64,000 nt of DNA from a virus, in IMG/VR virus record IMGVR_UViG_3300045988_159943, positions 32,309-96,308 of that record; one strand, 5' to 3'. Shown in pieces: positions 31,441 through 40,700 of the stretch. The position numbers were made by a program, and so were the translations under genes. Under the pieces are notes generated by a model that had not been told where the DNA came from, ran no database searches, and saw nothing but the letters and a program-made list of their open reading frames with translations. Position 1 is the first letter of the stretch, and every line of letters begins with the position of its first letter.

Positions 31441-31728
31441 TTAAATTATGTCCGCACTTGTCCATGAGACAAGTTTAACAGAAGTTTTTTCAGAAAGAGC
31501 ATCAAAAACTGCCTTAGAAGTTGGAATTTCTATTTCACTAGAAGTTAGTATTGTAGATAAAGATGCACCCGAAAGGGTTTCTGCATCTTTGGCATTCAAT
31601 TTAATACGTTGCCCATTCATGTCAACATAAAAATCTCCACTGTGAGTTACATAACAATAACCTTCATGATATGGTGTTATATCTGTGGAGATACGTGAGT
31701 CATTTCCGTGTAAAATTTTAAATAACAT
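31441..31728 (-). CDS. small protein carrying only the fibre N-terminal motif (95 aa)
   Basis: TPYHEGYCYVTHSGDFYVDMNGQRIKLNA resembles the N-terminal motif of ORFs 33622..35388 and 35438..36307. RBS AAAGGAAG. Confidence 0.4.
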   Translation of the reverse strand: MLFKILHGNDSRISTDITPYHEGYCYVTHSGDFYVDMNGQRIKLNAKDAETLSGASLSTILTSSEIEIPTSKAVFDALSEKTSVKLVSWTSADII

Positions 31729-31835
31729 TTCAAACTTCCTTTCGTATAATAAGTTTAAAATGTTGGCTTTATGTTAAGAGTTAATGCTTAGTGGCTCTGC
31801 CTAACCTAAAGCTCAACTAATTATTTTTTAAAATT

Positions 31836-31850
31836 ATAATTTTGTATTGT
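31836..31850 (-). promoter_or_regulatory. conserved motif copy 2 (ACAATACAAAATTAT), followed by TATAAT
   Basis: Exact 15-mer; about 110 nt upstream of the 31728 start. Confidence 0.5.
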
Positions 31851-31857
31851 TATATAA

Positions 31858-33327
31858 TCATTCAAACACACGCCATGGTTCTTCTTTTTTTATTCGGTTG
31901 TATTCTTGTCGAGTTATATGTTTAAAATGAAACCCATGTGTAGAAGCATTAACCCCACACAAATTATTGATAATACATTTTTTGTTTATAAAAATTCCAA
32001 ATAATGATTCACTATAATTAGAACATATCGTTGAGTATGGAAATACATATCCATTATCTAAACATAGCACTGGCATTTTCATTTTTGGCTCATATTCAAC
32101 CCATCCAAGATTATGCCCTTTACTTAAATACGCACTTACAGTACAAGAAGCTTTATTCATTATTCTAGCAATTTCACTTGCGTTATGAATTCCACCATTC
32201 CATAAGTTACATGCTATTTTTATTAAATTGCTACATGCATATTTATCGCATTCATTCCAATCAATATCATTTTCAGAAAAATTAAAAATATTTGGAAGTA
32301 TGCTAGACATTATTGAGTTTTTTATAAAAATTTTATCAGATTTTCTACAATCAATAACAACATAATTCTCTGGTTTAATACCGTTTTGAATTGCCAAATT
32401 ATATTTAAATAAGTCATTTGCTTGTTCTTCTACTAAAGTTCTTCCTCCGCAATATTCAAAACCACCATCTTCATAATGTTGGGCACCATGAGCTTCAATG
32501 ATTATATCTGTATTATAAATCAAATAAAAATCATATATCCTTCTTGGTCTTGTCCCATTTATTTTTTTAGACCATTCAAATGTTTTCTCGGGTTCAAAAG
32601 AAAAATCATTTTTATTCTGTATTTGTTTTAAAAAACTATATATAAATTTATTAGCATAGCTTATATTGTCTCCACACTTAGAACATGAATACCTATCTCC
32701 ATTACGAAAGGCATTGAATATTTCAGTATATTTTTCATATCCACAATCAGGGCACTTAAACCATGCTTTTTTACCACTTCTAATACTATATTTTAATGTG
32801 TCATCTAAATTCTTAAAGTATTTAACAAATTTTGGATGTGTAGTTGCTATATCATTATATCCACTAAGAGTGATTCTTCCTACACATACTGGACAATTTT
32901 TATGATTTTTAAACTCTTGTTCTGTTTTTATCCCACAATAACCATCTATCAAACATTTATAACCATATGTCTTTCTATTTTTATCATCTCTATACCTATT
33001 AGTAATTAACAAATGGTCATTAATTATGTCGCCAATATTATATATAAATTTAGCATATTGTTTCGCTTTTAATATGTTTCCAAGACGCACATTTATAATT
33101 GACCCTGTATTAACTAAATAATGAGACACATATCCATTTATATCAATATATACTTTTTGGTTGTTATAGTACTCAGATATTAAAATTGTAGAACGAATGT
33201 CATTATATTGAAACTCAATTGTTTTTCCAATTGATTTTTCCCACCAAACTCTTTTTCCTCTCATTGAAAGATTACTTAAATCAACCCATCCATAATCACT
33301 ATAATTTATCATTTGTTTATTTTTCAT
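31858..33327 (-). CDS. homing-endonuclease-like protein (zinc ribbons, Vsr/DUF559-like nuclease core, IENR/NUMOD-like DNA-binding repeats)
   Basis: CPVCVGR / CPDCGYEK / CSKCGD zinc ribbons. IIIEAHGAQHYEDGG...LVEEQANDLFKYNLAIQNGI is the nuclease core. C-terminal VLCLDNGYVFPYSTICSNYSESLFG...HGFHFKHITRQEY resembles intron-endonuclease DNA-binding repeats. Confidence 0.5.
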   Translation of the reverse strand: MKNKQMINYSDYGWVDLSNLSMRGKRVWWEKSIGKTIEFQYNDIRSTILISEYYNNQKVYIDINGYVSHYLVNTGSIINVRLGNILKAKQYAKFIYNIGDIINDHLLITNRYRDDKNRKTYGYKCLIDGYCGIKTEQEFKNHKNCPVCVGRITLSGYNDIATTHPKFVKYFKNLDDTLKYSIRSGKKAWFKCPDCGYEKYTEIFNAFRNGDRYSCSKCGDNISYANKFIYSFLKQIQNKNDFSFEPEKTFEWSKKINGTRPRRIYDFYLIYNTDIIIEAHGAQHYEDGGFEYCGGRTLVEEQANDLFKYNLAIQNGIKPENYVVIDCRKSDKIFIKNSIMSSILPNIFNFSENDIDWNECDKYACSNLIKIACNLWNGGIHNASEIARIMNKASCTVSAYLSKGHNLGWVEYEPKMKMPVLCLDNGYVFPYSTICSNYSESLFGIFINKKCIINNLCGVNASTHGFHFKHITRQEYNRIKKEEPWRVFE

Positions 33328-33357
33328 TATGAATTTACCTCACTTCATTAAAACAGA

Positions 33358-33543
33358 CTATTTACTTATTTTATTTGTAATCCACTCATCAAGCGCTTCA
33401 TTAAATTCTTTTTTTGTCCTATCATAAACCCAAAATATCTTGTTACTATTTGGATTTAAGCCACAAACTCCATGCTTAATTCCTCTACTAGACAGGAACA
33501 CCTTGAGTTGTGGATTGTATGTGATATAAAAAACATTATCCAT
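33358..33543 (-). CDS. small paralog-family protein (DUF5659-like), copy A
   Basis: Start corrected to MDNVFYITY, with RBS AAAGGAGAATAAATATG. Shares G...KIFWVYD....EALDEW with four other small ORFs in the window. Confidence 0.45.
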   Translation of the reverse strand: MDNVFYITYNPQLKVFLSSRGIKHGVCGLNPNSNKIFWVYDRTKKEFNEALDEWITNKISK

Positions 33544-33571
33544 ATTTATTCTCCTTTGTATCTTTTTTAAT

Positions 33572-33606
33572 AAAGGACTAGTGGAAGTAATTTCCACTAG
33601 TCCTTT
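33572..33606. repeat. perfect 15-bp-arm palindrome (aaaggactagtggaa gtaat ttccactagtccttt)
   Basis: Read directly; lies between the fibre gene end at 33622 and the small gene start at 33543. Confidence 0.8.
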
Positions 33607-33621
33607 TAGTTAATTTAAATC

Positions 33622-35388
33622 TTAAAATTCACCCCATTGCATTAGAGCATGAATCTCATCAGTACTTAAAGTCTCAGTCTTTAGATAAACATCAGAACTA
33701 TTAGCTTTCTTAGCAATCTCAGTTTCTAGTGCAGTTTTTGCATCTGATAATGCGCCAGCAGCAGTAGCCTCGGCATTAGCTTGAGCAGAATCCCATGCAG
33801 AAACCTTTTCGGCAGTAATGTCATCTAGAACAGTCTTGTTGTCGTGGCTATGCTTCTTAGCAACAGCATCAGCTAAATCAGCTTCAGTCTGAGTATAAGT
33901 GTCTAGTAGAGCCTTATTAACGTGAGTATGAGAAGTTCCCTCTAAAGTAGTTACTCTACTACTAACGCCGTCAATGTTGCCCTGTAGCTCAGTCTTATCA
34001 GAAGCCTTTAGATAATCAGCAGCGATAGCATCAACATCAGCTTGAGCATCAGCAGCAGCGACTTGAGCGGCTTCAGCAAGAGCCTTATTTGCAGCCTCAG
34101 TAGCCTTAGCACGAGTTTCCTCAGCAGTAATAGCAGTAGTATTGTCGGCAACACTCTTTACAAGACCAGAAGTAGCGTCACCAACAGTAGTCTCTAGAGT
34201 AGTAATTCTTTCGCCCTCAGCAGAAACATCACCAAACTCGACAAAAGCTGTACCATTGAATACATATTCCTTTTCACCAACAATAATTACGTCACCAGCC
34301 TCATAACCAGTAACATCAGTAGGCACTTCTGTTTTTACACCCTCAAAATGCATAGCACCAGACAGACCAGTAATTTGACCTTCTAGAGTAGCAATACGAG
34401 CTACCTGTGCATCGTCAGCATCCTTGCGGGCTTTAGCCTCATTATCAATATTTGTCTGTAAGGTAGTATCAGCAGTTTCAAGAGCAGAAATCTTAGCATT
34501 ATAAACAGTTTGGTCAACCTTCTTGTCAATATTACCCTGTAGCTCAGTCTTATCAGCGGATGTTAAATAATCATCAGAGATTGTCTTAATACTTACAGCT
34601 AATTCAGTATCTTTAGCCTGATAAGCTGTCTCGACATCGCCAATCATGCCAACAACAGTCTTACCATCAGCAACAGTACCAACCTTATTGCTTAGAGCAG
34701 TTAAGTCAGTCTGAGCAGCTTTAGTATCAATATCTGCCTGTAGAGCTTCCTTATCCGCAGCCTTTAGGTAATCAGCCTCGATAGCATCAATAGCATCAGC
34801 GTTAGCCTGAACCTTGGCATCATTCTCAGTCTTGTAATTATCTAGAGCCTGTTTAACAGAAGCGGCAGTCTCAGAAGAACCACCCTGAGCAGCAGATAAA
34901 GTATCCTCGGCCTTCTTGTTGACATAAGCAACAACGGTATCATAAGTAGTATCGCCAATCTTTAGAGTACCAACCTTATCAGAAATCTTGCCATCAACAT
35001 CAGCGGCAGTCATATAAGTGGCACCCTTAGTTAGAGTGAGCTTACGTCCATTGGCATCATATACAGCCGCAGTTATTGCATTACCATCACCAGCAACTTC
35101 AATAGAAGTCATACCAGTGTCTTTGTTAATCTGGACATATTCAGCGCCATTCCACTTTGCTAGACAATTAATGTCACTTACATAATATAGAGCACTGGTA
35201 TTAGGATTAGTATTTGCAGTAAGAGCTGCAACACTAGCAAATTCTTGAAAATCACCTAGGCGGATACGAGTAGAAGCATCTACATCTAGATACATTGCAC
35301 GTTCATCAGTGGTTACATAGAAAGTACCAGCAGTTTTAGTTGCAGGTAAACTAGCTAATAAACCCTTCTTAAAGGAAACAGTAGCCAT
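33622..35388 (-). CDS. tail fibre protein (conserved N-terminal motif plus Ala-rich coiled-coil shaft)
   Basis: N-terminus KKGLLASLPATKTAGTFYVTTDERAMYLDVDASTRIRLGDF, followed by a long A/D/K-rich heptad region. Confidence 0.5.
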   Translation of the reverse strand: MATVSFKKGLLASLPATKTAGTFYVTTDERAMYLDVDASTRIRLGDFQEFASVAALTANTNPNTSALYYVSDINCLAKWNGAEYVQINKDTGMTSIEVAGDGNAITAAVYDANGRKLTLTKGATYMTAADVDGKISDKVGTLKIGDTTYDTVVAYVNKKAEDTLSAAQGGSSETAASVKQALDNYKTENDAKVQANADAIDAIEADYLKAADKEALQADIDTKAAQTDLTALSNKVGTVADGKTVVGMIGDVETAYQAKDTELAVSIKTISDDYLTSADKTELQGNIDKKVDQTVYNAKISALETADTTLQTNIDNEAKARKDADDAQVARIATLEGQITGLSGAMHFEGVKTEVPTDVTGYEAGDVIIVGEKEYVFNGTAFVEFGDVSAEGERITTLETTVGDATSGLVKSVADNTTAITAEETRAKATEAANKALAEAAQVAAADAQADVDAIAADYLKASDKTELQGNIDGVSSRVTTLEGTSHTHVNKALLDTYTQTEADLADAVAKKHSHDNKTVLDDITAEKVSAWDSAQANAEATAAGALSDAKTALETEIAKKANSSDVYLKTETLSTDEIHALMQWGEF

Positions 35389-35411
35389 ATTAAAATTCCT
35401 CCTATAATATT

Positions 35412-35426
35412 ATAATTTTGTATTGT
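35412..35426 (-). promoter_or_regulatory. conserved motif copy 3 (ACAATACAAAATTAT, followed by AATATTATAGGAGG ATG)
   Basis: Exact 15-mer; about 25 nt upstream of the 35388 start. Confidence 0.5.
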
Positions 35427-35437
35427 TGATAATATTC

Positions 35438-36307
35438 TTACATTTCAGTCCAAGACACAGCAGCCTCTAACTCTGCCTTAGTTGCATAAGTGTCAGGAAT
35501 ACTATCAATAAATGCCTTATCAACTGCACTTAGCGCACCAGCAACATCCTTAGTTGCCAAAGCTAGACTTAAAGAACCGTCAACAAAATGAAGTCCATTA
35601 GCCTCAGATCCAAGCTTAATGGAGAAAGTGCCATCAACTTCCTGTAAACCTTCTCCAGCTCTATAAACATCAACAAGACCTTTTACAGGAATGTAAATGT
35701 GATCTGCAGAAGCATTGCTTAGAGTTAGGTCTAAGAATGGATCTCCAATAACTGCCCCAGAATAAGGTACGTCTGTCTCAGCAACAACATCAAGTACACC
35801 AGAAGAAATTACTAAATCTTTAGGAATATTAATTGCATCACCAACATAATTGGACTCAGTACCAACGGTCATCTTTAATTTATAAGTGACTGCATCACCT
35901 TCATCAGCAGTAGCTTGCTTCTCAATTGAATACTCAGGTATCTCGACAGCAGTGGATGCATCGACAAATAAACCATCAGCCCTTAGAGATAAAGCATTAC
36001 CTGCTTCAGAGGAAATTGCCACTTTAATAGATCCATCTTCAATAACAATAGACCCATCGGCAGCAACATAACCAGACATTCCAGAGTCAACTAATGCGTC
36101 TAACTTAGCTTTATCAGCCGCAGACATTAGGCCTGACACTGTTGTAGTTGCTTCATTACCCTTAGCATGAAGTACTGCACCCTTGTATAGAAAAGACTCG
36201 CCAGTAGCTTCATCAGTAATAAAATATAACGCCAGAGGGTCTTTTGTTTCAAGAGCATCATACTTAGCTTTTGTTCCAAACATGAATCTCACGTTAGAAA
36301 TAGCCAT
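35438..36307 (-). CDS. fibre-like structural protein
   Basis: N-terminus MFGTKAKYDALETKDPLALYFITDEATGESFLYKG is a fibre N-terminal motif. Confidence 0.45.
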   Translation of the reverse strand: MAISNVRFMFGTKAKYDALETKDPLALYFITDEATGESFLYKGAVLHAKGNEATTTVSGLMSAADKAKLDALVDSGMSGYVAADGSIVIEDGSIKVAISSEAGNALSLRADGLFVDASTAVEIPEYSIEKQATADEGDAVTYKLKMTVGTESNYVGDAINIPKDLVISSGVLDVVAETDVPYSGAVIGDPFLDLTLSNASADHIYIPVKGLVDVYRAGEGLQEVDGTFSIKLGSEANGLHFVDGSLSLALATKDVAGALSAVDKAFIDSIPDTYATKAELEAAVSWTEM

Positions 36308-36369
36308 TTTTATTCATCCTTTCATAAAAATATTTAATATATATGGAAAGCTATCTTAGCTTAACCAAC

Positions 36370-37233
36370 TTAAATTAGTTCTTCCCAAATATAGTCGGAA
36401 GTGCTTGTTGACTCAGATACCTCATGCCAATTATTACTTTCATTAAGATCGAAAGACAATACCTTATCAGTTGCCTTATCAGCAAGAGTAAATGTCATAA
36501 TATCAGATTCCATAGATGGAATATAAATGCCCGCACAATCACTACCCGTCTTGCCAACAACTTCTTGAGTGCCATCGTTATATACAGCAATCAAATTACC
36601 ATCTGTGTCAATATGAATTTCGGATATACCAGAACAATTACAATTAAGAATAACTTTATCCCCAATTGCTTTTCCATTAGCAGTTAATTGCAGCGTTCTA
36701 GTTTCTTCATCAAATGTAATATTATCTGCTTTAGTTTCATCCAAATATTCATTAAACTCATTTGCTGCGTTAATCATTGCATCCACCATAAGTAATCTTT
36801 GATCAAGCGCACTCAGGGCGCTATCAGGAATAATATCACTCCATGCAGAGATGGGTAAAATAGTGACTGTTGTTGGACTAATTTTTCTTACTTGCTGAAT
36901 GTTGTTACCATCGGCATCGAGTGTTAATCTGGTAAAGGTCAACTGTAATTCAATTTTTCCTGCCTCTTTTGTAAGTGGTGTATCAAAGGGCAGCTTGTAT
37001 TCTAGATACTGATTCTTATAAAGTCCTTCAGATTTTACTAAAGTGTCAGTATGATATTCCCTACTTACAGGCAAAATATATTCCAAAGTCACAGTAAAAT
37101 CTGACATATCAATACCCTTATAATTGGGCTCAACTAAAAAATGCAGATTGTCAACAAGCTTACTGCGTTGCATAATTCTTTCTTTCACAGTAGTAATAAG
37201 TTCATTGGTATCATTCAATAAAAGAGTGTACAT
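36370..37233 (-). CDS. hypothetical structural protein (287 aa)
   Basis: ORF translationally coupled to an upstream small gene. Confidence 0.4.
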   Translation of the reverse strand: MYTLLLNDTNELITTVKERIMQRSKLVDNLHFLVEPNYKGIDMSDFTVTLEYILPVSREYHTDTLVKSEGLYKNQYLEYKLPFDTPLTKEAGKIELQLTFTRLTLDADGNNIQQVRKISPTTVTILPISAWSDIIPDSALSALDQRLLMVDAMINAANEFNEYLDETKADNITFDEETRTLQLTANGKAIGDKVILNCNCSGISEIHIDTDGNLIAVYNDGTQEVVGKTGSDCAGIYIPSMESDIMTFTLADKATDKVLSFDLNESNNWHEVSESTSTSDYIWEELI

Positions 37234-37236
37234 AGA

Positions 37237-37383
37237 TTACACCCCCTTTGCATTTTTTACAGAAATAATATAATCATATTCCTGTTGATCAATTTTTTTA
37301 GAACCTAATAATTCTTTTATTTTCTTTTCATCAATCTTATCAGCTTTATATAGCCTTGCTAGGCTTTCAATAAATTGACTCAT
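37237..37383 (-). CDS. XkdX-like small protein (48 aa; below the ORF-track size cutoff)
   Basis: My own translation is MSQFIESLARLYKADKIDEKKIKELLGSKKIDQQEYDYIISVKNAKGV, with a near-perfect RBS GAAGGAGGTATATTATG. The ...GKI...EYD.I pattern matches PBSX XkdX-family proteins. Confidence 0.55.
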   Translation of the reverse strand: MSQFIESLARLYKADKIDEKKIKELLGSKKIDQQEYDYIISVKNAKGV

Positions 37384-37700
37384 AATATACCTCCTTCAAG
37401 TAATGAAAGAGTATAAGCATCAATAATCTCTTGTGGAGTTTTGTAATTCAGTACTTTTAACTGTTCATATTCATATTTGTCAATTTCTACTAAATCAACA
37501 GTATCATATCCATCTGCTGGGATATTAAGCAGCCAATTAAGATGCCAAACATATGAGCCGTCAGAGGACACAATTGCTTGTGCCTCTGACTTTTCACATA
37601 AAATCATAATGTCATGCTTTTTTTGATATTTGACAAAAATAAGATGGTCGAGTACGTCAATTACTTTTCCATCTTTTACAACTTTATAATACATACACAA
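37380..37700 (-). CDS. putative XkdW-like protein (106 aa)
   Basis: DGSYVWHLNWLLNIPADG resembles the XkdW/DUF2977 core; sits immediately upstream of the XkdX-like gene. Confidence 0.35.
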   Translation of the reverse strand: MCMYYKVVKDGKVIDVLDHLIFVKYQKKHDIMILCEKSEAQAIVSSDGSYVWHLNWLLNIPADGYDTVDLVEIDKYEYEQLKVLNYKTPQEIIDAYTLSLLEGGIL

Positions 37701-37710
37701 CCACCTCCAT

Positions 37711-40700
37711 TTAAATCGAGAACATAATTCTTACAGCGTACTCTTGTGTAGGAACTATAAACCCATACATGTCACCAGCAGTACGAACTACCCAAACGTA
37801 AGCATTATCTTTGTTTGGAGAACGAGTCCAATATGTCACGGCATTACCATCTTTGTCATAAAGAATTCTTGATGCTTGCGTGGTAAAGTAATCAATCGTA
37901 GAACCTTCACTAATATATGGATCAGTATTTTTAGTAGAATCAACTTCTATAGCCGAAGGAATGGCAATATAACAATCAGAAGTTGTAACTTCTAACGACT
38001 GGTCACCAATAGAAGATTTTATTTTTACTTGCTTCATTAACTGCTTCCACTTTTCTGGGAAAGCGTTATAAATTCTATTGTTCAAGTAAGCATTTAATTT
38101 CCATGTTGCCCAACCGCCAGTATTTTTACTTTCTGCACTTAATGACACTTTTCTAGAAAGTGGAGCAGAAGCTAGGAAAGACATAGAACAACGTTTGTTT
38201 GTATTATCACTTAAATAATAACGTTTAAACCCAGCCATTTCAAAATCAAATGCCTCATGGGGCCAATCAGCAATTTTCGCACAAATATTATCTCCTAAGT
38301 CTGCATACCAAATTTTACTCCAATATACAGTGCCAGCAGCATAATTTTCATATGCGCCATCGTCGGCCTTCCCACAACCGAATACAAGTGTATTGTTATG
38401 GATTGGAATACGTGAACCAGTTAATTCAACATAAGAGCTAGTTGTCGAAACAACGTTGGACGTATATATGTGCAATCCAGTTTCACCTTTCACGTGTCGT
38501 ATTACTAGCATCTCTCTATTACCAACGCTAGAAGGTGTAGTAGATGAAGTGCCCCATCCAAGTTTAATACCATTGTTATACCATAACTTAAATCCACTCA
38601 TACCATTATCAGAATAACATTGAGCAAAAATACTACTGTTCGTAGTAGAAGTCATTGAATAATCAATAGCTAAGACAAAATCTTTATCTTCGTCAAATAA
38701 CTTTTCTTTAGTATCAATATAATAGTCACTGCCATTAAAATTAGTTGGTTCAGAAACCAAAACCTTCTCTTGAATGTCTTCATAACTTACATCATTGCCA
38801 AGAGTAACAGTAATTGTATCTTTAGATTCTACATATTGACTTTCAAGGCCAAGTTGTATCATGGCATAAATTTCAACCGGACGCATAGTAGATATATCTT
38901 TGCCATCAAAATATCCTGCATTATATTCACAAGAATCATAGACAGCATTAATAGTCTTGTCACCATTCACATACCCACTCTTGTCCCATCCATCAAATAG
39001 ATAATACTTATAAGCTGATTCTTCTGCGGTATAAGTAGGAAGTTCTTCGGTATAAGTAACAATAGTTCCATAATTTGCTGTAGTCTCTTGTAGAACATTT
39101 CCATTAGACACATACTTTACGGTATATTGTCTTACAGACTCACTATAAACTGCACGAATTGTGGTATTTGCAAAAGTGTTTACAAATTCAGAATCCCAAC
39201 TAGCAAATGTAAAATCAGTACTTACAGTACTTGCTAGTGTTGGAGTTGGAATAGGGCTCTCTGCTCTAGTAATTGGGTCAACAGGCTTTGTACCCTTATC
39301 AACATACTGAATGTCAAGTACAGTATCGTCTTGATTTATAAATGTTACAGTGTATTGTGTGACTAGAGTGTTATAAGTAATTTCTAGATCTGGCCATGCG
39401 GCTTGATAACTTTCAAATTGTTTTTGCTTAATTACAGCACAATGAAAACTACCAGTAATAACAGACGTTATAGTTTCATAACCATCATTGTCAATACCTC
39501 TTAAAGATAAAAGTCTGTCTAAAACAGAAGAATCCTGAAGGTTATAATTTGCATCCCAATTTATACCGACTAGTCGTAAAATATTCAACTTATCAGCTAA
39601 ATTTACAACTTCGTAAGTGTTTATAAAAGGAGTATTTTCAATAATTAAAGTTTGAAGCCTATCATAACTTGCTACCTCAAACACTTCGATGTTGTTCAAA
39701 TTCTTCATAGTTAATGAAATAACAGATGGAATATATGCCCTTTCGAGCTTTCCACCATTTGAGAAGATGATGCCAGTTGCACCTGAGCCTTCCGCATGTA
39801 GTTCTAACAGGTTATTGCACTGAGACAAATCAACTACAGAATTAAGACCACTTACATTACGAATATCCAAATATTCTAGCAGCTTATTATTACCAAGCGT
39901 AATCTTAGTCATATATGTGTTTTCATAACCTTCAACATCACTACCAATGACTAAGTTCTGCAACCTTGATGCTTTAGAGAAATCATTATCACCAACATAG
40001 CACTTAGATAAATCTCCAATTGCTTGAATGAAGCTTGCGCCATATATCAACGTAATATCAGCCGTATCAGCATCAATAGAATAGGGGACTGTATATTCTA
40101 CTCCTGCTTTAGCTCTAAAGTTAACAGGAGAAACATTACCAAATTTAACACCTATATACATATCAGAATATGGAGTTAAATAAAGAGTAAAGTCTTGTGC
40201 CACAGTTGCACCAACAGGGTTATTAAAACGCATCATAATTTGATCCTGAGTAGCTTTATTGCCGAAATATTTTGTAGCCATGTAAAGCTCTTGATTGCGT
40301 TCAAACATTCTCCTTTGATATCTTTTTCTGCCATTTAACATTTCTACTAAGAAACGAGGGTTAGCAGTTCCTGCAATACTATTATCTATAGAGATGCCTT
40401 GATATGTACGTAAGTATTTTCTCTGAATATCTAGTCTCCATATCTCTTCTGGGAATTGACTTTGGGCCTTATCCCATTGACTAATTAGACTATCAGAACT
40501 CCAAGCGTTGGCATTTTCTCTATCTACAAACATTGCTTGTAGCTCAGACTTAAATAAATCACGAACTCTACAGAAGAAAGTACTCTCTGCTGCACGATAA
40601 ATATAGGAAGAAGAAGGATCTCCGTCTACGTAATAATCAACATCTTCTTTACCGTAGGTAAGAACTAGCTTACCTGTATTATCAATGCCTAAACATGTGT

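Noticed and set aside
33572-33606. Perfect palindrome as a classical intrinsic terminator for the fibre operon
   Set aside because: On the coding (minus) strand the stem is followed by AUUAAAAAAGA rather than a U-run. It is reported as a palindrome of unknown function instead.
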